DNA of 64,000 nt from Bacteroidales bacterium (GTDB taxonomy: Bacteria > Bacteroidota > Bacteroidia > Bacteroidales > FEN-979). Made by a program: the position numbers and the translations under genes. The DNA lies in contig JBBQUQ010000004.1 of assembly GCA_038212325.1 (NCBI GenBank), positions 154 to 64,153 on the forward strand. The letters run 5' to 3'. Of the stretch, positions 9,396 through 17,335 are shown piece after piece (position 1 is the first letter of the stretch; the number at the start of each line of letters is the position of its first letter). The notes beneath the pieces are model-generated. The model was given only the letters and a program-made list of their open reading frames with translations, ran no database searches and had not been told where the DNA came from.

Positions 9396-10403
9396 ATGAT
9401 TAAATTAGGCATTATTGGCTACGGGTACTGGGGTCCGAACCTGGTCAGAAACTTCTCAGGCAATAAAAACTTCGAGGTAAAAAAGGTCGCTGATACCAGG
9501 CAGGAGCGGCTCGACCTGGTTAAAAAACAATATCCATCCATCATCACAGTGCTGGATTCATCTGATATTCTCAACGACCCCGACATTGATGCTGTTGCCA
9601 TCGCAACACCCGTTTTTGCGCATCATGCGCTGGCTAAAGCAGCCCTTTCAAACGGCAAACACGTTGTATTGGAAAAACCCATGACATCGTCGTCGGCGGA
9701 AGCAGAAGAGCTGATCAATCTTTCTATGGCTAAAGGTTTATCGCTGATGGTTGATCACACCTTCCTGTATACGGGGGCAGTGCAAAAAATCAAGCAACTG
9801 ATTGACCAGGATACGATCGGCCACATCAAATACCTTGATTCGACCAGGATCAACCTGGGTTTGTTTCAGCCGGACATCAACGTTTTGTGGGACCTTGCAC
9901 CTCATGATATCTCGATACTTACACACCTGGTCGGTGAAAAACCATACAGCCTGAATGCTTCAGGTATTTCACACACGAACAACGGACTGGAGAATATTGC
10001 TTTCCTGACAGTGAATTTTGAATCCGGGTTTATTGCACATTTCAACTGTTCGTGGACATCGCCGGTAAAAATCAGGCTGATGCTGATTGGAGGAGATAAA
10101 AAAATGATTGTTTTTAACGACGTTGAGCCTACGGAGAAAATAAAGATATACGATACCGGGTATACCGTTAAGAATGATGAGGATAAGCAAAAATTGCTGG
10201 TGGACTACCGAAGCGGAGATATTTTCATTCCCAAAACCCCGTCCACCGAAGCATTGGCACTGATGGCTGAAGATTTTGCCCAATCAATCCTGGACAAGAA
10301 AACACCTGTGGCAGATTTCAACTCCGGGCTTTCGGTCATCAAGATTCTTGAAGCATCGAATGAGTCACTTAAAAACCGGGGGAAAGAGATCATCCTCAAA
10401 TAA
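9396..10403 (+). CDS. Gfo/Idh/MocA-family sugar-nucleotide 3-dehydrogenase (WbpB/WlbA/GnnA-like)
   Basis: N-terminal Rossmann motif IGYGYWGPNLVRN and the EKPM motif (VVLEKPMTSS). It lies directly upstream of an LbH acetyltransferase and a DegT aminotransferase. Confidence 0.8.
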   Translation: MIKLGIIGYGYWGPNLVRNFSGNKNFEVKKVADTRQERLDLVKKQYPSIITVLDSSDILNDPDIDAVAIATPVFAHHALAKAALSNGKHVVLEKPMTSSSAEAEELINLSMAKGLSLMVDHTFLYTGAVQKIKQLIDQDTIGHIKYLDSTRINLGLFQPDINVLWDLAPHDISILTHLVGEKPYSLNASGISHTNNGLENIAFLTVNFESGFIAHFNCSWTSPVKIRLMLIGGDKKMIVFNDVEPTEKIKIYDTGYTVKNDEDKQKLLVDYRSGDIFIPKTPSTEALALMAEDFAQSILDKKTPVADFNSGLSVIKILEASNESLKNRGKEIILK

Positions 10404-10413
10404 TTATTCATTT

Positions 10414-10905
10414 ATGGAAATATTAAACATCGATCAACCAAGGCAGGCATTGCGGAATGTAAAGGTCGGCAAGGATGTCAGGATTTTCAATTTTGTAAAT
10501 GCCTATGAATGCTCCATTGACGATGGCAGTAAAATAGGTGCCTTTGTCGAAATTCAAAAGAATGTTATCATCGGCAAGAACTGTAAAATATCAAGTCACA
10601 CCTTCATTTGCGAAGGAGTAGAGATCGACGACAATGTGTTCATCGGGCATAATGTCACCTTCATTAACGACAAGTATCCCAGGGCGACAAATCCTGAGGG
10701 GGGGTTGCAGACGGAGGCGGACTGGAAGGTTGAACGTACCTTCATTAAAAAGGGGGCATCAGTAGGCTCCTCCTCCACCATCCTGTGCGGTGTGACCGTT
10801 GGCGAGAATGCCATTGTGGGAGCCGGCAGCATTGTGACCAAAGATATTCCTGCCAATGCGGTTGTGGCGGGTAATCCCGCACGGATCATCCGCTCCCTAA
10901 AATAA
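10414..10905 (+). CDS. Left-handed beta-helix N-acetyltransferase (WbpD/WlbB/QdtC-like)
   Basis: Hexapeptide repeats run throughout (IGKNCKISSHTFICEGVEIDDNVFIGHNVTF...VGENAIVGAGSIVTKDIPANAVVAGNPARI). The ATG at 10414 is 10 nt after the preceding stop. The track ORF start at 10276 overlaps the upstream gene. Confidence 0.8.
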   Translation: MEILNIDQPRQALRNVKVGKDVRIFNFVNAYECSIDDGSKIGAFVEIQKNVIIGKNCKISSHTFICEGVEIDDNVFIGHNVTFINDKYPRATNPEGGLQTEADWKVERTFIKKGASVGSSSTILCGVTVGENAIVGAGSIVTKDIPANAVVAGNPARIIRSLK

Positions 10906-10929
10906 TTATAACGCTAACAACTTAACTTT

Positions 10930-12033
10930 ATGGACTCCAAAAAAATTCCTTGTCTTGACCTGAAGGGGCAGCACCAGCTTATAAAAGATGAAGTTTTTGC
11001 CCAATTTGAAAAAGTATTCGAAAATACCGCCTTTTCTGGCGGTCCGTTCGTGGCAGCCTTTGAAGAGGCCTTTGCAAAATTCTGCGGAACCCGTTATGCC
11101 GTCGCGGTAAACAGTGGCACCTCCGCCCTGCACCTGGCCATGCTGGCCCTTGGCATCGGAACGGGCGATGAAGTGATCATTCCGGCGAACACCTTCATTG
11201 CAACCCCCTGGGGGCCCTCATACGCAGGCGCCACCCCGGTATTTACGGACTGCACTCCCGACACGTGGGAAATTGATCCTGCAAAAATCGAAGCCCGGAT
11301 AACGGCAAAAACAAAAGCCATCATCGGGGTTCACCTTTACGGCCAGCCTTTCGACGTAGATGCCGTAACGGAGATTTGCCGGAAACACAACCTGTTTTTG
11401 ATTGAGGATGCGGCACAGGCACACGGTGCGAAATACAAAGGAACCAGGGTGGGTGGTTTTGGCGAAATGGCCTGCTTCAGCTTTTATCCCGGAAAAAATT
11501 TAGGTGCCTGCGGAGAGGGCGGCGCCATCACCACAAACAACGAATCCTACTACAAGCACCTTCAAAGTTTGCGCAACCATGGCAGTGCAGAACGGTATTA
11601 CCATGACGAAATCGGTTATAATTACAGGATGGGCGGACTGGAAGGAGCATCACTCAAAGTTAAGCTGCAATACCTGGAGGGATGGAACAACCGCCGGAGG
11701 GAGATTGCAAAGCGCTACCTGGCTGAAATTAATAATCCTAAAATCAAGATGCAACTGCAGCCTGATCAGACGCAGTCTGTTTTTCATCTGTTTGTTGTGA
11801 CCTGTGAGGAGAAAGATGCTTTCGTGAAGTATTTAACGGAACACAACATCATTCCTGCTTTTCATTACCCGGTACCATGCCATCTGCAAAAAGCCTACGC
11901 ACATCTGAATTACAAAAAAGGTGATTGCGTGCATGCTGAATACCTGGCAGAAAATTGCATTTCGCTGCCCATGTTTGCCGAGCTGAATGAGGAGGATGTA
12001 AGCACCGTGATCAAGGCAGTTAACAGCTTTTAA
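10930..12033 (+). CDS. DegT/DnrJ/EryC1/StrS-family PLP aminotransferase (WbpE/WlbC-like)
   Basis: Typical family sequence: AVNSGTSALHLA, DAAQAHGA, and SFYPGKNLGACGEGGAI with the PLP lysine. Confidence 0.9.
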   Translation: MDSKKIPCLDLKGQHQLIKDEVFAQFEKVFENTAFSGGPFVAAFEEAFAKFCGTRYAVAVNSGTSALHLAMLALGIGTGDEVIIPANTFIATPWGPSYAGATPVFTDCTPDTWEIDPAKIEARITAKTKAIIGVHLYGQPFDVDAVTEICRKHNLFLIEDAAQAHGAKYKGTRVGGFGEMACFSFYPGKNLGACGEGGAITTNNESYYKHLQSLRNHGSAERYYHDEIGYNYRMGGLEGASLKVKLQYLEGWNNRRREIAKRYLAEINNPKIKMQLQPDQTQSVFHLFVVTCEEKDAFVKYLTEHNIIPAFHYPVPCHLQKAYAHLNYKKGDCVHAEYLAENCISLPMFAELNEEDVSTVIKAVNSF

Positions 12034-12036
12034 GGC

Positions 12037-12693
12037 ATGAAGGAAGGGTTCATTTTTGGCTGCAGTGCGCAAGGCCGGGTTGCCTTATCTATTTTACAGC
12101 TCGAATATCCTGAAACAGCCTGGTTTTTTATTGACGACAACCCCGAAATGCTGAACCAGGTCATTAATGGCTCAAGCGTAATTGGCGGACTAGGCACCCT
12201 GGCAGCTAAAAACAGGCCCAAACTGCACATCGCACTGGGGAATCCAACGGTCAAAAGAAAAATTGCCAGCAAGTGCACGATGTTGGATATCGAATTGATC
12301 GGGGCTGTGCATCCGTCGGCGATTATTGCATCCACTGCGATCATCGGCGAAGGCGCAACCATTGGAGCAGGCGTAATCATAAACACGGATGCACGCATAG
12401 GCAATTTTGCGCTCATCAATACCGGCGTTATCATTGAACATGATTCCCAGGTGGGTGATTATGCAAATATTTCGCCAGGGGCATGCATCGGGGGCCGGGT
12501 AACGATTGAGGAGGAGGCGTTTATTGGCTCGGGGGCCATCGTTTTAGCGAGGACCACCGTGGGGAAACGATCGATTGTCGGCATGGGCGCAGTTGTAACC
12601 CGGAGCATACCCGACAATACCCTTGCTTATGGAGTACCCGCGAACGTAATTAAGGAAATTGACGATCATTTCGATTGGAGTAAAGTTTTATAA
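12037..12693 (+). CDS. NeuD/PglD-family sugar N-acetyltransferase
   Basis: An N-terminal Rossmann-like subdomain (FIFGCSAQGRVALSIL...FIDDN) is followed by a hexapeptide beta-helix (IGEGATIGAGVIINTDARIGNFALINTGVIIEHD...). Confidence 0.8.
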   Translation: MKEGFIFGCSAQGRVALSILQLEYPETAWFFIDDNPEMLNQVINGSSVIGGLGTLAAKNRPKLHIALGNPTVKRKIASKCTMLDIELIGAVHPSAIIASTAIIGEGATIGAGVIINTDARIGNFALINTGVIIEHDSQVGDYANISPGACIGGRVTIEEEAFIGSGAIVLARTTVGKRSIVGMGAVVTRSIPDNTLAYGVPANVIKEIDDHFDWSKVL

Positions 12694-12702
12694 AGAGAAG
12701 CG

Positions 12703-13881
12703 ATGGTATTGTTCGACGACCAGATCCCACTAATGAAACCCTGGCTTACCGAGGAGGAGTGGTATGCAGTGAAAGAGGTGATATTAAGCGGCTGGGTAAG
12801 TCAGGGGCCCAAGGTTCGTGAGTTTGAAAATGCAGTGGCTGAGTTTATCGGCGCCAAACATGCCGTGGCGGTCAATGCCTGCACCTCGGCCATTCACCTC
12901 GGGCTGCGCATCCAGGGGGTGAATTACGGCGATGATGTGATCCTGGCCGACACGACCTGCATGGCCAACGTAAATGCCATCAAAATGGCGGGGGCGAACC
13001 CGGTTTTCGTCGATGTGGATGAGGATACCTATAACATTGATCCAGGTCTTATTGAAGCCGCAATCACTCCAAAAACAAAGGCGATCCTAAATATTGACCA
13101 GATCGGGCTGCCCAACGACCTCGATGCCATAACCGCAATTGCAACTAAGCATAACCTGGTCGTTGTTGACGATGCCGCCACCGCACTGGGGAGCAAATAT
13201 AACGGTGCCTATTTAGGATCGCAGGGCATTGTCACCACCTTCAGTTTTCATCCGCGGAAAATGATTACAACCGGCGAGGGGGGCATGTTATTGACAGATG
13301 ATGCCGATATCGCTGAAAATGCCCGCATCCTGCGAGCAACAGGCGCTTCAGTTTCTGACCTTGCCCGGCACAATGCAAAAGGGATCATCCTGCAGAAATA
13401 TTATGACAGCGGGTATAACTACCGGCTGACCGACATCCAGGCGGCCATCGGGATCATTCAAATGAAGAAGATCCACCAGATACTGGCCATGCGTGCCGAA
13501 CAGGCTCGTTTTTTCGATACAGCCCTGGCGGAAATTGATGAGTTGATATCGCCATTTGTTCCGGAGTATGCCACACATGCCTATTCATCATACCTGGTTA
13601 AAATCAGTGACCACGCAAAAATCACCCCGGAATATCTCGTCAATAAAATGGCTGAAAAGAACATATCATGCCGGTTTGGCATTCAACCATTGCACCAGGA
13701 GCCATACTTTGACAATAGCCATTGGCATGACAGCATGTTTCCGGTGAGTTGCAAACTGGCACGCAAAACATTTTTCATTCCGATATTCCCCGGCCTTACC
13801 GAAGAAAACATGCATTTCATCATTGACACGCTGAAGCAGCTGATCCATGACTTTAATGTGTCAACGCAAAACCAATCCTGA
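12703..13881 (+). CDS. DegT-family PLP aminotransferase (second paralog, PglE-like)
   Basis: Motifs AVNACTSAIHLG, DDAATALGS and SFHPRKMITTGEGGML. Confidence 0.9.
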   Translation: MVLFDDQIPLMKPWLTEEEWYAVKEVILSGWVSQGPKVREFENAVAEFIGAKHAVAVNACTSAIHLGLRIQGVNYGDDVILADTTCMANVNAIKMAGANPVFVDVDEDTYNIDPGLIEAAITPKTKAILNIDQIGLPNDLDAITAIATKHNLVVVDDAATALGSKYNGAYLGSQGIVTTFSFHPRKMITTGEGGMLLTDDADIAENARILRATGASVSDLARHNAKGIILQKYYDSGYNYRLTDIQAAIGIIQMKKIHQILAMRAEQARFFDTALAEIDELISPFVPEYATHAYSSYLVKISDHAKITPEYLVNKMAEKNISCRFGIQPLHQEPYFDNSHWHDSMFPVSCKLARKTFFIPIFPGLTEENMHFIIDTLKQLIHDFNVSTQNQS

Positions 13882-13887
13882 CAATTA

Positions 13888-14631
13888 ATGCCGGAAAAAA
13901 TCAATACGAGCATCAGTTTCATACTTCCTGTTTACAATGAAAAAAACCTGCTGGAGCCTGCTGTATCGCGCTGTCTGAAGGCCCTTTCAGAAACATTCAC
14001 TGATTTTGAGATCATCCTGGTCGACGATGGAAGCACTGACGGGATATCAGAAGTCCTTGATTCCCTTGAAAGCAGCAGCGCAAACCTGAAGGTGCTTCGC
14101 AACATCGTCAATCTGAATGTCGGCATAGCCGTGCAACGCGGGTTAATGTCGGCCCGATGCGATTATGCCGTGCACAATGCCGTTGACCTTCCCCTTGCGC
14201 CCGAAGATCTTGCGGCACTGATGGAGCAAATGAACGGCTGCGACCTGCTTGTGCTGGAACGAAGCTCCTATGCAGGCTATATGAAATGGCGTGTCGTCAC
14301 TTCCCTGGTCAACCGGATGCTCCTGAAAATTTTCTTTCCTTCCGCGGTGAAAGGAATGTTCGATCTGAATTACACACAGATCTACCGGACAGAAATTTTA
14401 CCGAAAATAATCCCGCTCGCAAAAAGCCCCGCCTTTACGACCCCAGAAATGATCATCAGAGCCAAGTATCTGAACCTGAATGTAAAACAGGCATTGGTGG
14501 ATTATATGCCACGACTCTCAGGCACAGGTGCGTTCGGGAAGCCCCATGATATTTTATGGAGCATGTATGACATGTTCAGATTCCGCCTGAAATTATGGAG
14601 AAACAAGTCAAAAACACTTCACAGGAAATAA
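13888..14631 (+). CDS. Small soluble family-2 glycosyltransferase (polyprenyl-phosphate sugar synthase-like)
   Basis: ISFILPVYNE...FEIILVDDGSTDG is the GT2 signature. The protein is 247 aa with no C-terminal TM helices visible. Confidence 0.7.
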   Translation: MPEKINTSISFILPVYNEKNLLEPAVSRCLKALSETFTDFEIILVDDGSTDGISEVLDSLESSSANLKVLRNIVNLNVGIAVQRGLMSARCDYAVHNAVDLPLAPEDLAALMEQMNGCDLLVLERSSYAGYMKWRVVTSLVNRMLLKIFFPSAVKGMFDLNYTQIYRTEILPKIIPLAKSPAFTTPEMIIRAKYLNLNVKQALVDYMPRLSGTGAFGKPHDILWSMYDMFRFRLKLWRNKSKTLHRK

Positions 14632-14721
14632 TTGCAGGAATAATCAGTTTATATTAGCAATGATCCCTGGCAGGAATGGGGAACTTAATGTTGCCGGGTC
14701 CCGGCTTTTAAAGTTGAACTT

Positions 14722-15693
14722 ATGGAGATAGCAAATTCTACTATTCTTGTCACCGGGGGCGCAGGGTTTATCGGCTCCTATGTGGTTGAGGAATTACTTT
14801 TACTGAAACCGAAGAAGATCATCATTCTGGATAATCTCATCAGGGGAACCAGGGAGAACATGAAAAGCTTCACCGGCCACCAGGTTGTTGATTTCATCCA
14901 GGGCGACATGAGAGACCACGGACTTCTTGAAAGATGCATTTCAGGTTCCGACTATGTATTCCATATGGCCGCCTTACGCATCAATGCCTGTGCCGCCGAC
15001 CCCGCCGCCGGATTTAAAGTTATGCTCGAAGCCACATTCGACTTGGCGGAGCTTTGCGTTAAATACAAAGTAAAAAAGGTTATCTACAGTTCAAGCGCTT
15101 CAGTTTACGGCTTGGCTCAACATTTCCCTACGCCGGAAGCAGACAACCCCTATAACAATCAAACCTTTTACGGTGCGGCCAAACTCTGGGGCGAGCAATT
15201 GTTCAGGAGCTATAAATTCATGTATAATCTTGATTACGTGGCGTTGCGCTATTTCAATGCGTATGGCCCCCGTATGGATACCGACGGTAAATATACCGAA
15301 GTGATGATCAAGTGGCTTGATTGCATCCGCGACAACCGTAACCCGCTCATCTATGGCGATGGCTCAACCACCATGGATTTTGTATATGTGAAGGATATTG
15401 CCAAAGCCAATATTGCAGCGTTACGGTCGGACGTTACCGATGAAGCATTCAACATCGGCAACTGTGAAGAGACCAGCCTGAAGGAACTGCTTGACGTATT
15501 TTTGAAGGTGAATCATTCGAACATGAAACCCGAGCACCGGGAAGAAAATTCGGTGAATCCCGTAAGCCGAAGGCTCGCTGATATAGGCAAGGCCAAAGAA
15601 TTGCTTGGGTTTTCTCCTGCAACAACTCTGGAGGCAGGGCTTGCAGAGCTGAGTGCCTGGTATTTTGAAAAACAACAACTTAAGAACGCATGA
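14722..15693 (+). CDS. NAD-dependent epimerase/dehydratase (extended SDR)
   Basis: ILVTGGAGFIGSYV glycine motif, catalytic YGAAK, and SSSASVYG. Confidence 0.85.
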   Translation: MEIANSTILVTGGAGFIGSYVVEELLLLKPKKIIILDNLIRGTRENMKSFTGHQVVDFIQGDMRDHGLLERCISGSDYVFHMAALRINACAADPAAGFKVMLEATFDLAELCVKYKVKKVIYSSSASVYGLAQHFPTPEADNPYNNQTFYGAAKLWGEQLFRSYKFMYNLDYVALRYFNAYGPRMDTDGKYTEVMIKWLDCIRDNRNPLIYGDGSTTMDFVYVKDIAKANIAALRSDVTDEAFNIGNCEETSLKELLDVFLKVNHSNMKPEHREENSVNPVSRRLADIGKAKELLGFSPATTLEAGLAELSAWYFEKQQLKNA

Positions 15694-15694
15694 A

Positions 15695-16822
15695 ATGATT
15701 CCTATAGCGAAACCATATCTTACAGAGGATGAAGCGAAAGCGGCCTACGACACTGTATTGTCAGGTTGGGTGACCCAGGGACCGAAGGTCCAGGAATTTG
15801 AGGAGAAGTTCGCACAGTATACCGGTGCGAAGTATGCCGTGGCCGTTTCGAGCTGCACCACCGCCCTTCACCTTGCAATGATCGTCGCCGGCATTGGCGA
15901 AGGCGATGAGGTGATCTGCCCTTCAATGAGCTACATTGCCACAGCAAATTCGATCAAATATACCGGGGCTGTTCCTGTTTTTGCAGAGGTTGATGCAGAT
16001 TACAACCTGGATGTTGCTGATGCCGAAAGGCGGATCACAACGAAAACCAAGGCGATCCTCCTGGTGCACCAGATGGGCATGCCGGCAAACATCGATTCAT
16101 TTAAATCATTATGCGCCCGGCATAACCTGTTGCTGATTGAAGACGCAGCATGCGCCATCGGTTCCTCTTACAAAGGGCAAAAAATCGGCGCACACGCTGA
16201 CCTGGTCTGCTTTTCCTTTCATCCGCGAAAAGTGATCACCACGGGAGATGGCGGCATGATCACCACCTCGAATGATGCCTTCCATAAACGGATGAAGATA
16301 TTGCGGCAGCATGGGATGAGCATCAACGACCGGGAGCGGCACCTCTCCTCCAAAATCTTATTTGAGGAACATGTCGAGGTCGGATACAATTACCGGATGA
16401 CGGATATCCAGGCAGCAGTGGGAATTAAGCAGCTTGAAAAACTCGACTGGCTGATCAGGGAGAGAAGAAAAATCGCCTTGCAGTATCTTGCCGCATTCAA
16501 GGAGGTCAAAGCATTCAGGCTACCAGTTGAAAAGGAGGGATATTTTACAAATTACCAGTCGTTCAGCATCTACTTAACCCCTTCGTGTCGTATATCACGA
16601 AATGACCTCATGCAGAACCTCCTCGACCGGGGAATTTCAACCCGCAGGGGCATCATGCTGTCGCACACAGAAAAGGCATATACTCATCTGAATTATAAGG
16701 ATGACCTGCCATTGTCGGGCGACCTGAATGAGAAAAGCATTCTTTTACCTTTGTATGTACCGATGCCGCAAGAGGATGTAGCGAAAGTCATTCAATCGGT
16801 GCTGGAATTAATAAAGAGTTAA
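15695..16822 (+). CDS. DegT-family PLP aminotransferase (third paralog)
   Basis: The ATG at 15695 is 1 nt after the SDR stop codon, and MIPIAKPYLTEDE is a typical family N-terminus. Motifs AVSSCTTALHLA, DAACAIGS and SFHPRKVITTGDGGMI. Confidence 0.9.
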   Translation: MIPIAKPYLTEDEAKAAYDTVLSGWVTQGPKVQEFEEKFAQYTGAKYAVAVSSCTTALHLAMIVAGIGEGDEVICPSMSYIATANSIKYTGAVPVFAEVDADYNLDVADAERRITTKTKAILLVHQMGMPANIDSFKSLCARHNLLLIEDAACAIGSSYKGQKIGAHADLVCFSFHPRKVITTGDGGMITTSNDAFHKRMKILRQHGMSINDRERHLSSKILFEEHVEVGYNYRMTDIQAAVGIKQLEKLDWLIRERRKIALQYLAAFKEVKAFRLPVEKEGYFTNYQSFSIYLTPSCRISRNDLMQNLLDRGISTRRGIMLSHTEKAYTHLNYKDDLPLSGDLNEKSILLPLYVPMPQEDVAKVIQSVLELIKS

Positions 16823-16839
16823 CCAACCTGGTCTGGCTC

Positions 16840-17295
16840 TTAGTTTTCTTTCAGGATAAAGTCGTCATATTCCACCTCAAAAGCCAACTTGTGCTTTGAT
16901 TCTTCCTGGGCAAGATTTAAAAACAGCGTTTTTACTTCGGGATCGTCTGCCTTGTTAGCCAGCAATGTGTACATTCTGAACGCGGCTTTCTCCTTTTTCA
17001 TGGCCAGTATCAGGGCATCCTGGTACGACATATTGGCCGATGGCTTAACATCGACAAGATATTCAGCGATTTTAAGGTCCCTTACCTTTGAATCGGGCAA
17101 TTTGAAGCTGCCGCTTTCCCTGATGGCTAAAAGATTTGCCTTATGGCGCATCTCTTCTGCCGCATAATCATTGAATATCTTTTTTGTCTGCTGGTTTTTT
17201 GACTGGACTGCCAACTGCAGGTAAAAATCTACGGCTGCCTGCTCCTCCCCGATGGCAAAATCGAGGATCTCATTTATGGTGTTGAACTCTCTCAT
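16840..17295 (-). CDS. Rubrerythrin/ferritin-like diiron protein without a rubredoxin domain
   Basis: Two E...EExxH half-sites (EEQAAVDFY...AAEEMRHK and AQEESKHK). No CxxC pairs. Confidence 0.7.
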   Translation of the reverse strand: MREFNTINEILDFAIGEEQAAVDFYLQLAVQSKNQQTKKIFNDYAAEEMRHKANLLAIRESGSFKLPDSKVRDLKIAEYLVDVKPSANMSYQDALILAMKKEKAAFRMYTLLANKADDPEVKTLFLNLAQEESKHKLAFEVEYDDFILKEN

Positions 17296-17300
17296 TGGAT

Positions 17301-17335
17301 TTACGAATTACGGATTACAAATTACGGGTTAACTC
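17301..17335. repeat. Tandem heptamer array, TTACRRR x5
   Basis: ttacgaa ttacgga ttacaaa ttacggg ttaactc. The array fills the 19-nt spacer between 17295 and 17315 and runs into the 3' end of the upstream CDS. Confidence 0.8.

Noticed and set aside
14693-14709. Hairpin gccgg-gtc-ccggc followed by TTTT, between the GT2 and SDR genes, as an internal terminator.
   Set aside because: A 5-bp stem with a 3-nt loop and a 4-T run is too weak to call. At most it would act as an attenuator within the operon.
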